From the NCBI GenBank assembly GCA_963822445.1, contig CAWGHO010000002.1, forward strand, positions 1,408,001 to 1,472,000: 64,000 nucleotides of DNA. The letters are read 5' to 3'. The notes beneath the pieces were generated by a model. That model did no database searches and was not told the origin of the DNA. It was given only the letters and a program-made list of their open reading frames with translations. The stretch is from an uncultured Acidobacteriota bacterium. GTDB taxonomy: Bacteria > Acidobacteriota > Thermoanaerobaculia > Gp7-AA8. Both the position numbers and the translations under genes were made by a program. Of this stretch, positions 1 through 8,003 are shown one piece after another; the stretch's first letter is position 1, and each line of letters opens with the position of its first letter.

Positions 1-1724
1 AAAGTGTTGATCATCACGCCGTCCACGCCCACGCCGTTGCGGACGATGCGGCCGGTGATCTCGACGGCAGGTTCGAGCGATGCTTCGAGCGGCGCGTTCG
101 AGGTCACCGTGATGGACTGACCGCGCAGCGTCTTCGCGGCGAACCCTTCGCGGCGGAACACGAAGTCGTACGTCCCTTCCTTCACGCGCAGGGTGAAGAG
201 GCCGTCCGTGCCGGTCTTGACGTTGTCTTCCTCCGCTCCGGCTCCGCCGAGCATGACGATGTTGCGGATCATGCCGCCGCGCGGTCCGCCGGCGACTTCG
301 TTCGCGGCGACGGTGACGCCCGACAGCGGATTGCCGTCGCGATCGGTCACCTTGCCGGTCACGGCGATGCCGCTGGGGATGGTGACCACGATGCCGGATT
401 TGCGATCGCCCGGCGCGATGCGGAACGTGTCGCTCTTGGCCGGCGGCAGACCGCGGCGCGACGCTCTGACGCGCATGTCGCTGTCGCCCTGCACGCGCGT
501 GCTGAAGCGGCCGTCGGGACCGGACACCGCGGTGCTGTCGCGCATCATCCGCATCGGCGACATCGAAAACGTCTCCGACCCACCAGCCTCCTCGGCCACG
601 ACCGTCGCCGCGGCCACGGGCTTGCGGTCCTCGTTGACGACGGTGCCGCTCACGCGCGCCAGCGGGATGGCGGGCAGATCGCGCGATTGCGTCTGGCCGG
701 CGCTCACGCTCAGGTCCGTCGGGCGCAGGTCATAAGCGGGATGGATGGCCGCGACCATGTACGCCCCTGGCGGCACGGTCATCGAGAAATTGCCCTTGGC
801 GTCGGTGAAGGCCGCTGCCGTGGGCGCGCTCGTCATCCGCCCCATGCGCTGGCCGACCTGGATCGCCGCCCCGGGGACGGGCAACTTGGTCTTCGTGTCA
901 GTCACGCGGCCGGTGAACGTGCCCGCTTTGGCCAGTTTCAGCGAGAGCGACTTCTCATTCGACTGCGCACGCATCGCGGCGAGCGATCCAATCTGCGCGG
1001 TCACCACCGACCATTTCGAAGGCGCGTGCGCGATGGTGAAGGACCCGTCGTCGCCGCTGACGGCCAGCGGCCATCCATCGACCATGACCGGCACTTTCGC
1101 GGCGGGGTTTCCGTCTGTGCCGAGGACTTTGCCGGTGATGGTTGTGCCGGGGGTGAGCGTGCGATTGAGCGCGCTCGCCGCGGCGGTGCTCATGAACATC
1201 TCCTCTTCGATCGCCCAGTCCGGATGAATGACGTTGATGGTCCGGGCGCGCCTCGGATCGGGCGCGTCGTACTTGCCCTGCTCGTCAGTCCTGGCGATGT
1301 ACTCCGCGCCGCCGTAGCTGATGACCACCGTCGCACCGGCGACAGGCTTTCCGCCGCCCTTGATCGTCCCGCTCTTCATCTCCGATTTCACCAGCACCAC
1401 CGCGCCGGTTTCCTCATCGCGCTCGATGCGCCGCTGCAGCGGATCGAATCCATTCGCGTTGATGCGGAGATCGACGACCGGTTCTTTCGGCGATTCGAGC
1501 GACCAGTTGCCGTTCTTGTCGGTCTGCGTCGAAAGGAGCGGCACCGAATGTGGCGAGGCGGACAGCCATCGCGCGCGCCGGGCGTCCGGCGTTTCGACGG
1601 CGTGAACGGAGACGCGCGCGTTCGCGATCGGCGCGCCGTCACTGGTCATGACCGTGCCGGTGATCGCGGCGAAACAGGGAACGGCGAGGAGAGCGAGCAG
1701 AACTGCAGCGGCTGTGCGGTGCAT
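1..1724 (-). CDS. Secreted carboxypeptidase-regulatory-like (Cna-B type beta-sandwich) repeat protein, partial (runs off window start)
   Basis: Read manually from ATG at 1724: MHRTAAAVLLALLAVPCFAAITGTVMTSDGAPIANARVSV... Signal peptide, then repeated G-x-V-x-D-xx-G-x-P-[VI]-xGAxV / TDxxGx[FY] motifs. Absent from the ORF track because there is no stop in the window. Confidence 0.8.
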   Translation of the reverse strand, partial: MHRTAAAVLLALLAVPCFAAITGTVMTSDGAPIANARVSVHAVETPDARRARWLSASPHSVPLLSTQTDKNGNWSLESPKEPVVDLRINANGFDPLQRRIERDEETGAVVLVKSEMKSGTIKGGGKPVAGATVVISYGGAEYIARTDEQGKYDAPDPRRARTINVIHPDWAIEEEMFMSTAAASALNRTLTPGTTITGKVLGTDGNPAAKVPVMVDGWPLAVSGDDGSFTIAHAPSKWSVVTAQIGSLAAMRAQSNEKSLSLKLAKAGTFTGRVTDTKTKLPVPGAAIQVGQRMGRMTSAPTAAAFTDAKGNFSMTVPPGAYMVAAIHPAYDLRPTDLSVSAGQTQSRDLPAIPLARVSGTVVNEDRKPVAAATVVAEEAGGSETFSMSPMRMMRDSTAVSGPDGRFSTRVQGDSDMRVRASRRGLPPAKSDTFRIAPGDRKSGIVVTIPSGIAVTGKVTDRDGNPLSGVTVAANEVAGGPRGGMIRNIVMLGGAGAEEDNVKTGTDGLFTLRVKEGTYDFVFRREGFAAKTLRGQSITVTSNAPLEASLEPAVEITGRIVRNGVGVDGVMINT

Positions 1725-1772
1725 AGTGAAAAGTATGACGCTGCAATGCTCCTCCGGTTCCCGGTGTTCGAG

Positions 1773-1860
1773 GAATGCAGAATGCAGAATGCAGAATGCA
1801 GAAAACCGCCGCGCTCACGGCATAACCCCGTTCTGCATTCTGCATTCTGCATTCTGCATT
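1773..1860. repeat. Heptamer-armed hairpin, family A: (GAATGCA)x4 ... (TTCTGCA)x4
   Basis: Seen directly; ~27-nt unique spacer; second copy at 23853-23941. Confidence 0.95.
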
Positions 1861-2267
1861 TCCTTCTAATCCTCGGATGCGCCACGGACTCGATCGGAGG
1901 AGATGTGGAAATGCGCTCGCTCACCACCGGCTCGTACGCCGCCGCCCAGCCGGAGCAGCCCCAGGCCATTCAGATCGTCTCTGCCGGCGATTACGCGCGG
2001 ATCTGGGACGAGACCATCGGCAGCGGAGAGCGCCCGCAGGTCGACTTTGCTACGGAGTCGGTGGTCATCCTGCTGGCTGGTGCGAAACCCACCGGCGGCT
2101 GGAGCGTCGAGCCACGGGGCGTGCGCCTCGAAGGCCGCGTACTCGTCGTCGACGCGGTCGTGAACCGCCCGCCGTCCAATGCGATCGTCACCCAGGCCTT
2201 CACCTCGCCTTTCGCCGTGATCGCCGTCAAGACCAAGGCGCTGGACAGCGTCCGCTGGAATCCGTGA
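1782..2267 (+). CDS. PrcB C-terminal-like domain lipoprotein
   Basis: P-x-VDFxxE-x-V...GxKPTGGWSV...PPxxAIVTQAFTSPF motif of the PrcB C-terminal family; lipobox-like LILGC; GAGGA 7 nt before ATG 1782 (start uncertain). Confidence 0.7.
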   Translation: MQNAECRKPPRSRHNPVLHSAFCILHFLLILGCATDSIGGDVEMRSLTTGSYAAAQPEQPQAIQIVSAGDYARIWDETIGSGERPQVDFATESVVILLAGAKPTGGWSVEPRGVRLEGRVLVVDAVVNRPPSNAIVTQAFTSPFAVIAVKTKALDSVRWNP

Positions 2268-3106
2268 GACGCCGCAAGCCGGTCACCGGTGCGCTGCTGA
2301 AGGCGCGGCTCGACACGCTGGTCGAGACCTTCGACGTCACGACCATCGAGCCCGATCCGCTGCAACTCGTCCTGCGCTACGACGATCCGCGCGACCAGGA
2401 AGTGGTGGGTCTGATTGCCGCCGCGTTTGCGTACGGCCGCGCGGACATCATCGTGAAGAACATCGGCGCCGTCCTCGACAAGATGACGCCGTCGCCGTAT
2501 CGCTATCTCCGCACCTTCAACGCGCGCGAAGCAACGAAACGCTTCGCCGGCTTCGCCCACCGCTTCCACAAAGCCCCGGACCTGGTCGCCTTCCTCGGCT
2601 GCATCGCCAAACATGAATCCCTCGGCGCTCTTTTCCAGGAGTGCTACGACGAACGCGATCCCGATATCGGCCCAGCTCTAACTCGCTTTGTCCACCGCCT
2701 ACTGCCTACCGCCAACCGCCTACCAGCCGTGAGCTACTTGCTCACGGCGCCTGAAGACGGTTCCGCCTGCAAACGCATGAACCTCTTCCTCCGCTGGATG
2801 GTCCGCCGCACCCCGCCCGACCTCGGCCTCTGGACCTTCGTCGATCCGGCCAAGCTGGTCATGCCCCTCGACACGCACATCCACCGCATCTCCACCTTCC
2901 TCGGATTGAGCGAGCGGAAAAGCGCGGACTGGAAAGCGGCGCGGGCGATCACCGACCGGCTGGCGGTCTTCGATGCGGCCGATCCGGTGCGCTACGACTT
3001 CGCCCTCTGCCGCCTTGGGATTCTCGATTTGTGCAGCCGGAAGCGCCACAAAGAGAACTGCGATGTCTGTTTGTTGAGAGACGTTTGCCGCTTTCCGGTG
3101 CTTTGA
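2264..3106 (+). CDS. TIGR02757-type protein (HhH-GPD superfamily-like) with C-terminal Cys cluster
   Basis: DP..., AYGR, SACKRMNLFLRWMVR, D-LGLW, PLDTH, DPVRYDFAL motifs; GTG overlaps the upstream TGA. Confidence 0.85.
   Translation: MRRRKPVTGALLKARLDTLVETFDVTTIEPDPLQLVLRYDDPRDQEVVGLIAAAFAYGRADIIVKNIGAVLDKMTPSPYRYLRTFNAREATKRFAGFAHRFHKAPDLVAFLGCIAKHESLGALFQECYDERDPDIGPALTRFVHRLLPTANRLPAVSYLLTAPEDGSACKRMNLFLRWMVRRTPPDLGLWTFVDPAKLVMPLDTHIHRISTFLGLSERKSADWKAARAITDRLAVFDAADPVRYDFALCRLGILDLCSRKRHKENCDVCLLRDVCRFPVL
2694..2728. repeat. In-frame heptamer tract (ACYGCCT-type units), single arm of family D
   Basis: ACCGCCT ACTGCCT ACCGCCA ACCGCCT ACCAGCC; same unit as 63071-63095. Confidence 0.8.
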
Positions 3107-3191
3107 CGTACAAAAAACCGGGGCGACAAATCCAACCGTTTGGACCGGACAACCCCTCATTCAAAAACCTGTTGCCCCATTCAACGTTATG

Positions 3192-3235
3192 GATCAACGG
3201 GTTAGCCGAGGTTCAGGCGCGGCACCCGCATTGAA
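3192..3235 (+). promoter_or_regulatory. Putative IHF site plus sigma54-type -24/-12 promoter
   Basis: GATCAACGGGTTA (3192-3204, close to WATCAANNNNTTR) and CGGCAC-N5-TTGAA (GG-N10-GA) in an AT-rich intergenic region upstream of the kinase/NtrC pair. Confidence 0.55.
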
Positions 3236-3252
3236 ACGGATTTGCTCCCCGC

Positions 3253-6015
3253 ATGCGTAAATCGGTCGTGGTGAATGCGTTGATTGCCGTCCTCACGGTC
3301 GGCATCGTCATCGGCGCGTTCGTCTCCTTCCAGCGCAAGCGCTCCTCCTTCGAAAGGATCGACTTCACCTTTCAGCGCCAGGAAGGCTCGATCATCGTCA
3401 AAGGCGTCGACCCCGGAAGCGGTGCCGAGCGCGCCGGTCTGCGCCCCGGCGATCACATCCTGCTGATCGCCGACGCGCCGACGAGTGAGGTCGAGCGCCT
3501 CCAGAAAACGCTCCGTCGCATCGGCAGCACCGTCACGATGGTCGTGAACCGGCCCGGCCGGGGAATGCTCACCGTCAAATACAGCCCACCCGAGCTGAAG
3601 GTCGATTACCCCTACCTCATCCTCAGCTTCATCGGCTTCCTCTACCTGGCCATCGGTCTGTTCACGCTTTTCCGAGGAGAGACGCGGGAGAGCCGGCTGT
3701 TCTTTCTGGTGACCCTGCTTTCCTTCATCGTCTATGTCTACACGCCGGCCGGCGACATCGACTGGAGCTTCAAGCTGCTGCAGTCGATCGAAGACATGGC
3801 CACGATCTTCCTGCCGCCGCTCACGCTGAACTTCTTCCTGCTCTTCCCGCGGCCATTGCTGCGCGAGCGGAAGTGGCTGGCGTGGATGTACATCCCGCCG
3901 GTCCTGCTCGCGCTGTGGAACGTGAACCTGATGGTGTTCAGCAACGCGCTGGCGATCACGTCGGCGCGCCGTTCAATGCTGCTCATTCAGCGCTGGCAAT
4001 ACCTCGACTTCGCAATCTACTTCACGCTGGCCGTGGCCGCGCTCGCGTTCACGTATCGCCAGGCCGCGCCCACCGGCAAGAAGCAGATCAAGTGGATCTA
4101 CCTCGGCCTGGCCCTGGGCGTGATCCCCTTCATCGCCACGTACGTCATCCCGTACATCATTTCCGGCAGCGTGCGGCCCGCGTATGCGACGTTGTCGATC
4201 CTGCCGCTGGCTTTCATCCCACTCGCTTTCGCCGTCTCCATCCTCAAATACAGGCTGTGGGACGTCGAAGTCGTCATCAAGGAAGTGCTGGCCTACACGG
4301 TCACCTTCGTCTTCGGCATGATCGCCTTCTCCACGGTGAACCTGCTGCTCTCGCAGGTCATGGACGAGCGCTCGGGGATGGAGCGGAACTTCCTGGCCTT
4401 CACGTCCGGCCTGCTCATCGCCGGCGTATTGATTCCCGTGAAAGGCAAGATCGAGTCGGTCATCGAGATGATCCTGTACCGCGAGAGCTACCGCCATCGC
4501 CGGACGATGACGGACTTCGCGCAGGAGCTGGCCACCTTCCACGACGTGCACGAGCTCATCGCCATGATGCGCGAGCGGATGCGCACCACGCTGCACATCG
4601 ATCGCATGAACCTCTTCATGCGCGAGGCTACGAACTTCGTGATCTACGACTCCGAGCACGGAATCCCGCGGCGGACGGTCGTCGACGACTTCGGATCGAT
4701 TCCGAAAGAAGGTCCGATCGTCCTTACCGCGCCGCGTCTGCCGGATGAAAGCGAATTGCCGTGGAAGCTGCTCGCGGCCGGCTATCGCTATGTCTTCCCG
4801 TTGCGCAATCGCGGCGAGCTGCAGGGTCTGTTGCTCCTCGGAACGCGCCGCGGGGATGAGCCTCTCTCGCGCGACGATCTGCATCTCATCGGCACGCTCA
4901 CCGCGCCGGTGGCACTGGCCATCGAGAACTCACGCCTGTACGGAAAGCTCCGCCGGCAGCTCGAAGAGATCCGCGCGCTCAAGGAGTACAACGAGAACAT
5001 CATCGAGTCCTCGCTCTCCGCGATCGCGGTCGTCTCCAGCGATGGAACGGTGCTCACCGCCAACAAGGCTTTCTGGGAGCTCGTCGGATCCGATCATTCT
5101 CACGAGTCGATTCACGAGCTCTTCCCGCCCTTCGATGAACTGCGCAGCACGGACGCGCAGGCGCTCTCCACGCACTTCATCAACCAGCAGGGTGTCGAAA
5201 AGGAAGTGACCGTGACTTCGAGTCCGCTCGACGCGACCTCGGTCGGCGGCGAGGTCGCGGACGGCGCGCGCGTGCTGGTCATCGGCGACATCACCGACCG
5301 CTCCCGCCTCGAGCGCGAGCTGCAGGACAAAGAACGTCTGGCTTCCCTCGGCCTGCTCGCCGCCGGCGTCGCGCACGAGGTGAACACGCCGCTCACCGGC
5401 ATCTCCTCGTACGCGCAGCTGTTGCTCGCCGAAACCTCGGAAGACGATCCGAAATACAGGCTGCTCAAGAAAATGGAGCAGCAGACCTTCCGCGCCTCGA
5501 GCCTGGTCAACAACCTCCTGGATCTGATCGCCAACCGGCCCCGTTGCCGGGAGATCGTCGCGCTGCCGGAGCTGATCGAGAAGACCGTGGTGCTGCACGA
5601 GGACCTCCTCAAAGCGAAGCGCATTCAGGTCCACGTCGAGCGCGTCCCCGAACTGCGCGTTCGCGGGAACTTCAACGATCTGCAGCAGGTTCTGACCAAC
5701 GTGCTCATCAATGCCCGCGACGCGGTCGACGAAGGTGGAAACGTCTGGATCTCCGTCGGGGAAGAGAATGAGCGGGTGGTGATTCGCGTGCGCGACGACG
5801 GCAAGGGCATCCCGACGGACATCGTCGGCCGCATCTTCGAGCCGCTGGTGACCACCAAACGGGGCCAGGGCGGTACGGGACTTGGACTCGCCATCAGCCG
5901 CCGGATCATTCACGGCTGCGACGGCGAGATCGAGGTGCAGAGCAAGCCCGGCGAGGGAGCCGAGTTCTCGATTACGTTGCCGCGGATGGACAAGAACGCG
6001 GCCATGCTGGCTTGA
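3253..6015 (+). CDS. Membrane sensor histidine kinase (PDZ, multi-TM, GAF, PAS, HisKA, HATPase)
   Basis: PDZ GLRPGD; H-box AHEVNTPL; N-box NARDA; DDGKG; GTGLGL. Confidence 0.95.
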   Translation: MRKSVVVNALIAVLTVGIVIGAFVSFQRKRSSFERIDFTFQRQEGSIIVKGVDPGSGAERAGLRPGDHILLIADAPTSEVERLQKTLRRIGSTVTMVVNRPGRGMLTVKYSPPELKVDYPYLILSFIGFLYLAIGLFTLFRGETRESRLFFLVTLLSFIVYVYTPAGDIDWSFKLLQSIEDMATIFLPPLTLNFFLLFPRPLLRERKWLAWMYIPPVLLALWNVNLMVFSNALAITSARRSMLLIQRWQYLDFAIYFTLAVAALAFTYRQAAPTGKKQIKWIYLGLALGVIPFIATYVIPYIISGSVRPAYATLSILPLAFIPLAFAVSILKYRLWDVEVVIKEVLAYTVTFVFGMIAFSTVNLLLSQVMDERSGMERNFLAFTSGLLIAGVLIPVKGKIESVIEMILYRESYRHRRTMTDFAQELATFHDVHELIAMMRERMRTTLHIDRMNLFMREATNFVIYDSEHGIPRRTVVDDFGSIPKEGPIVLTAPRLPDESELPWKLLAAGYRYVFPLRNRGELQGLLLLGTRRGDEPLSRDDLHLIGTLTAPVALAIENSRLYGKLRRQLEEIRALKEYNENIIESSLSAIAVVSSDGTVLTANKAFWELVGSDHSHESIHELFPPFDELRSTDAQALSTHFINQQGVEKEVTVTSSPLDATSVGGEVADGARVLVIGDITDRSRLERELQDKERLASLGLLAAGVAHEVNTPLTGISSYAQLLLAETSEDDPKYRLLKKMEQQTFRASSLVNNLLDLIANRPRCREIVALPELIEKTVVLHEDLLKAKRIQVHVERVPELRVRGNFNDLQQVLTNVLINARDAVDEGGNVWISVGEENERVVIRVRDDGKGIPTDIVGRIFEPLVTTKRGQGGTGLGLAISRRIIHGCDGEIEVQSKPGEGAEFSITLPRMDKNAAMLA

Positions 6016-6017
6016 AC

Positions 6018-7427
6018 ATGCGAATTCTGATCGTTGACGACGAAGAAGTCCTGCGAGACGTGCTGGAGGTCGTGCTGCGTCGCGAAGGGTTCGACATCGT
6101 CTCCGCCGCGAGCGGCGAAGAGGCGCTCAGCGTCCTCGATTCGACCGAGGAAATCGACCTGATGATCCTGGATGTGATGCTGCCCGGGATCAGCGGCATC
6201 GACACGCTGCGCTCGGTTCGCATCTCCAATCCCACGCTCCCGGTCATCGTCATCACCGCCTTCTCGTCGATCGACGGCGCGATCGAGGCGATGAAGCACG
6301 GCGCGTTTCACTACATCCCCAAGCCCTTCAAGAACGAAGAAGTGGTGATGACGGTCAACAAGGCCCTCGAGCAGCGGCGCCTTTCGACCGAGAACGAGCG
6401 CCTCAAGTCCGAGCTCTCCGAGAAGTTCTCCTACGCGAACATCATCGGAAAGAGCGAGACCATGCGGAAGGTCTTCGACCTGATCAAGCTCGCCGCGCCG
6501 TCGCGCTCGAACATGCTGATCATGGGCGAGTCGGGCACGGGCAAAGAGCTCGTGGCCAAGGCCATCCATCACGCCAGCCCGCGCGCGCGCAATGCGTTCG
6601 TGACCGTCAACTCCGGATCGCTGCCGCCGGAACTGCTCGAGTCCTCGCTCTTCGGTCACATGAAGGGAGCCTTCACCGGCGCGATCGCCACGAAGCGCGG
6701 TCTGTTCGAAGTGGCGGACGGCGGATCGATCTTCCTCGACGAGATCGGCAATATCAATCTCGAGACCCAGGCCAAGCTCCTCCGCGTCATCCAGGAAAAA
6801 GAGTTCATGCGCCTCGGCTCGGTGGAGACGATCAAAGTCGACGTGCGGATCATCGCCGCGACGAATGCCGACCTCACGCAGCTGATGGCGGAAAAACGCT
6901 TCCGCGAGGATCTGTTCTACCGCCTCAACGTCATCACCATTCAGCTCCCGCCGCTGCGCCGCAAGCGTGAAGACATCCCGCTGCTGGTCCAGCACTTCCT
7001 GGCGAAGTACTCCGAGGAGAACAAGCGGAAGGTCAAAGAGGTGACGCCCGATGCCATGCGCTTGATCATGGAGCACACCTGGCCGGGCAACGTCCGCGAG
7101 CTGGAGAACACCATCGAGCGCGCGGTCGTCCTCTGCACCGGCGATCGCATCACTCCCGAGCTGCTGCCCGACTACCTGCGCTACCCCGTGCGCACCGACC
7201 AGCCGGCGATGGTCGTTCCCGCCGACGGAATCTCGCTCAAAGATGCGGTCTCGAATTACGAGCGGGCGATGATTCTGCAGTCGCTCGAGCTTGCGAACGG
7301 CGTTCAGAAACGCGCCGCGGAACTGCTCCAGCTCAAGCCCTCGACCCTGAACGAGATGATGAAGCGCCTCGGCATCCACGCCAAGTCGAACGCCACAGTC
7401 GAGGACGAGGTCGCGGTCAACGATTAG
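6018..7427 (+). CDS. Sigma54-dependent response regulator (NtrC family)
   Basis: Receiver domain, [28 protein letters not shown]-terminal Fis-type HTH. Confidence 0.97.
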   Translation: MRILIVDDEEVLRDVLEVVLRREGFDIVSAASGEEALSVLDSTEEIDLMILDVMLPGISGIDTLRSVRISNPTLPVIVITAFSSIDGAIEAMKHGAFHYIPKPFKNEEVVMTVNKALEQRRLSTENERLKSELSEKFSYANIIGKSETMRKVFDLIKLAAPSRSNMLIMGESGTGKELVAKAIHHASPRARNAFVTVNSGSLPPELLESSLFGHMKGAFTGAIATKRGLFEVADGGSIFLDEIGNINLETQAKLLRVIQEKEFMRLGSVETIKVDVRIIAATNADLTQLMAEKRFREDLFYRLNVITIQLPPLRRKREDIPLLVQHFLAKYSEENKRKVKEVTPDAMRLIMEHTWPGNVRELENTIERAVVLCTGDRITPELLPDYLRYPVRTDQPAMVVPADGISLKDAVSNYERAMILQSLELANGVQKRAAELLQLKPSTLNEMMKRLGIHAKSNATVEDEVAVND

Positions 7428-7451
7428 CGGACGCGGGCCGTATCAGTTTCC

Positions 7452-8003
7452 GTGCTCACTCTGCTGCTGGCCACGAGGATCTTCTGCGTCATGTCCGGAA
7501 CGACCACCGACGTGGAGGTCGTTTTCACCGGATCCTTTGTCAATGGTGGATCGATCTGGGCGCTGAATCGCCACGTCGCCATCGCGTCCGGATACCTGGC
7601 GCCGGGCAGCTTGCAAACAACCGTCACGGTGGAAGCGATCAGCGCCGGCGAGACGCCGCTCTACTTCGTTTCCCCGATCTATACGACCGCGGGACCGAAG
7701 TATTACCCCGTCCGCATCGGCGAGATCATCGTCGACGACACCCTGGCTTTGACCGTGACCCCGGCGAACCCCGTCGTTGCCGTGGGAGCTCCGGTGAGGC
7801 TGTTCGCGATCACAGCCGGGTCCAACGTCGCCGTCGCCTGGTACGAAGGCGAGAGATACCTCGGCATCGGCAACTCCATCTCCCCGACGCTCGACCGCGG
7901 CGAGCATCGCATCACCGCCCAGGCCTGGAATCGATGCGGAACCGTGACCAGCGAGGCGCTGGTTTCGGTGGTCAAGCCACGCCAGCGCGCTGTCCGTCAC
8001 TGA
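7452..8003 (+). CDS. Hypothetical secreted Ig-like protein ending in KPRQRAVRH
   Basis: Short hydrophobic N-terminus; beta-rich; WYEG...NRCGTVTS Ig-like segment. Confidence 0.6.
   Translation: MLTLLLATRIFCVMSGTTTDVEVVFTGSFVNGGSIWALNRHVAIASGYLAPGSLQTTVTVEAISAGETPLYFVSPIYTTAGPKYYPVRIGEIIVDDTLALTVTPANPVVAVGAPVRLFAITAGSNVAVAWYEGERYLGIGNSISPTLDRGEHRITAQAWNRCGTVTSEALVSVVKPRQRAVRH

Noticed and set aside
193-1605. Plus-strand ORFs 193..735, 687..2267 (5' part), 745..1227 and 1321..1605
   Set aside because: Shadow frames of the minus-strand secreted protein; only the 3' part of 687..2267 looks real
1639-1969. MQNAECR/FCILHSAF-type ORFs on both strands (also 23861..24202 and the 23868 hemA extension)
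   Set aside because: Translations of the heptamer hairpin; hemA has its own SD and ATG at 23961
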